64,000 bases of DNA, taken from Tubulanus polymorphus. Lineage: Eukaryota; Animalia; Nemertea. Shown one piece after another: positions 61,887 to 64,000 of the stretch. The DNA is taken from the NCBI RefSeq assembly GCF_964204645.1, contig NC_134031.1, positions 11,286,088-11,350,087 on the forward strand, given 5' to 3'. Numbering within the stretch: position 1 is the stretch's first letter; each line of letters starts with the position of its first letter. A program made the position numbers and the translations under genes. Below the pieces are notes generated by a model. It was not told the DNA's origin. It saw nothing but the letters and a program-made list of their open reading frames with translations, and searched no databases.

Positions 61887-64000
61887 ATTATTATTAGGCC
61901 AGCCGTAGGCTGAGCCTATTACTATACAAATGGAGCGAATTTAAATGACATGGTTTCCACACAAAAGGCTCTTTTGCTTGTCAAGTGAGGGCATATTCGA
62001 ACAAATCACGTATTTAAGCGTAATCCATTCTCGGAATCGTAGCGAGCAGAATTTTGAAATAGGGTCTCATAAAAATGTTTTCTGCATTTTTCACGAAAGT
62101 TAAATCGGGAAAATTTCAATTTTTATCAGCCAATCAGGAAGTTGTGTCTTCCCTGTGATTGGTTTATCTGAAAATATCAGCAGCTGTTCACGTGAATTAT
62201 CGCGATTTCATTACTGGCGCTTTTGCGCATGATGTCATGTATCAACACGCGACAATACTTCCGCGTTCGCTACGTGTTCGCTGATTGGCCCATTTACTGG
62301 GAAATTCCACAGAAGCCTAATGTGGTTTGTTACAAGCGCTGTGATTGGCCCGACCCGATTCTGGCATGGCTTTAGCTTAGTGGGTTCGAATCCCTTGACG
62401 CGTGAAGATGATGGATCCTATCAATATCTATTGAAACAAATAAGTTTCCCGGTTGGGCAGCCGCGGATATCTACCGGAAGTGTTCCGGTTCGATATTTCG
62501 AGGTTTCTTTGAATTTTGGAGTGATATTGAAATCCGGTAAATACCAGCGGTAGATTGTGAAAACCCATTGCATGATATTTGTATTACTTAATCCACGAAA
62601 AGCGTCGGGGCCGCGCCAGGAGTTTTCGTGATTCAAGTAGCGCAATAGCCTACTTCTTCGTGTTCGTCCACCTCAATTTTCATTCCGCCGATCTCTGACA
62701 CGGCTCTGTCCCCGTCGGCGCTGTGATTGCACTTTCGTACCACCAAAATTTTTTATTTCTATATCAGGGAGGTCTGGAGAATAAAAAAGTCAAAATTTGG
62801 ATATCACATAGGCCTGATTTCATCGAATAAGTCGACCATGGTCGTTACGTTTCCGTACTTATTACCACCTAAAACCGTCTGAACAATTTTGTCACAACCA
62901 ACATTTCGTTTACAGAAATCAGGTGTTCACGTGAACCCGCGGTATCGTCTACTGTTTTACTTCCGGGTTTTATTTTAAGATTTAAAATTGTATTTCAAGA
63001 TCGATTTCTATGAAATCTTTTGTTGATTTGGTGTTTGGGAGGAATTATTATTTGCTCTACAGAAAATTCATCCTTGACAATTGCGCAAGGTTTGCGAAAA
63101 AAATGGTTTTACCAAATCGGGTGTATGACCTTGATATGCTAATTAACCATGTGCCCATATTGCAAATTCAATCAAATTTTATTCTGCCAAAAAAATGTTA
63201 AATACAATTCGCTTTCCGAGAGTTAATGGTATGCTGCATGGAACAAAGTTGTTTTGAGATGGGTCTTGAAGCTATTGAGGTCGAGAGATAACCATCTAGA
63301 TAGTTCGTGAGAGTTCCAAAGTTTTGAAGAGGCTTCAAGGTAATGTCTTGATATTTGGTTTATACGTGTATCTACCCTAGACACATCTTCAGGCCAAAAA
63401 CTGGCCCTGTCAGATTCAAGATGGCCGACTGGCAGCCATTGTTGTTCGCCAAAATCAACACTTTTTACACATTTTTGAAGTTTTCGAGGGAAATTTTGAA
63501 GACACTTTTATCAATAACCTTGATAATTTGTATATATTTGTTTCCCCCGTGGGCCCATCGGCATGAGAAAAATTGGGTCGATCGGACTCAAGATGGCTGT
63601 ACTGTGACCTTTTTTGTTCCCAAAAATGTCAATTTTGGCCTGAATTCTGAGTACTGTAGCTTTCTAATGGTGTGCCATGTTTCATTGCAATTTGTAATGG
63701 GTATTCTTTGGAAAGGGATCTTTTATATCCGAGAGGGTATTTTTGACCAGGCAATTACGACGCACTTGGCGGCCATCTTGGAGTCATCAGTACTCATTCG
63801 TAGGTGGAAAAAAGTTTTTCCACATCATAATTGATACTTAAGCATATTTTGCTACTATAATCAATTTGAAAGTTGTAGCTCATGACGTTCTATGATCGAG
63901 GTGAGTTTCAAGCTCATTGGTTTTTGTTTATGGCCACCAGGGGGCGTTGAACAATACAATAACTTAGTATTTCTATATTACATTCGTACCTACGCATATT

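Noticed and set aside
62340-62410. tRNA gene
   Set aside because: Only a B-box/T-arm-like GGTTCGAATCCC is present with no convincing cloverleaf; it is repeated at ~41240, so SINE-like.

Overview
This is eukaryotic, intron- and repeat-rich DNA, inferred to be from an invertebrate animal. The left 40 kb holds three nested mobile elements. (A) A decayed minus-strand Gypsy LTR retrotransposon (~8.5-39.3 kb) carries an SGNH/GDSL-esterase ORF where env would normally sit. (B) A second minus-strand Gypsy element (13741-38029) is inserted into A. It has near-identical LTRs, a GATG TSD, a tRNA-Ala-like PBS and a baculovirus-F-type env, but its RT is deleted. (C) A 17-kb AT-rich Polinton/adintovirus-like endogenous virus (14498-31595) is inserted into B. 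It encodes pPolB, penton, MCP, a packaging ATPase, an rve integrase, an HNH nuclease and several membrane proteins, with no recognisable adenain protease. The right end of a second, diverged copy of this virus occupies 1-1552. Most unusual: the viral termini are ~190-nt fold-back palindromes whose substitution mismatches are all G.T or G.A on the strand whose 3' end lies there, and 12 internal genes start at a poxvirus-late-like TAAATG. The right part contains a host ZAP/PARP12-like gene with a triplicated 4xCCCH module (13 CCCH fingers plus WWE), along with MITEs, Helentron-like elements, and SINE and LINE fragments. All protein family calls come from motif recognition by eye; no database searches were run.
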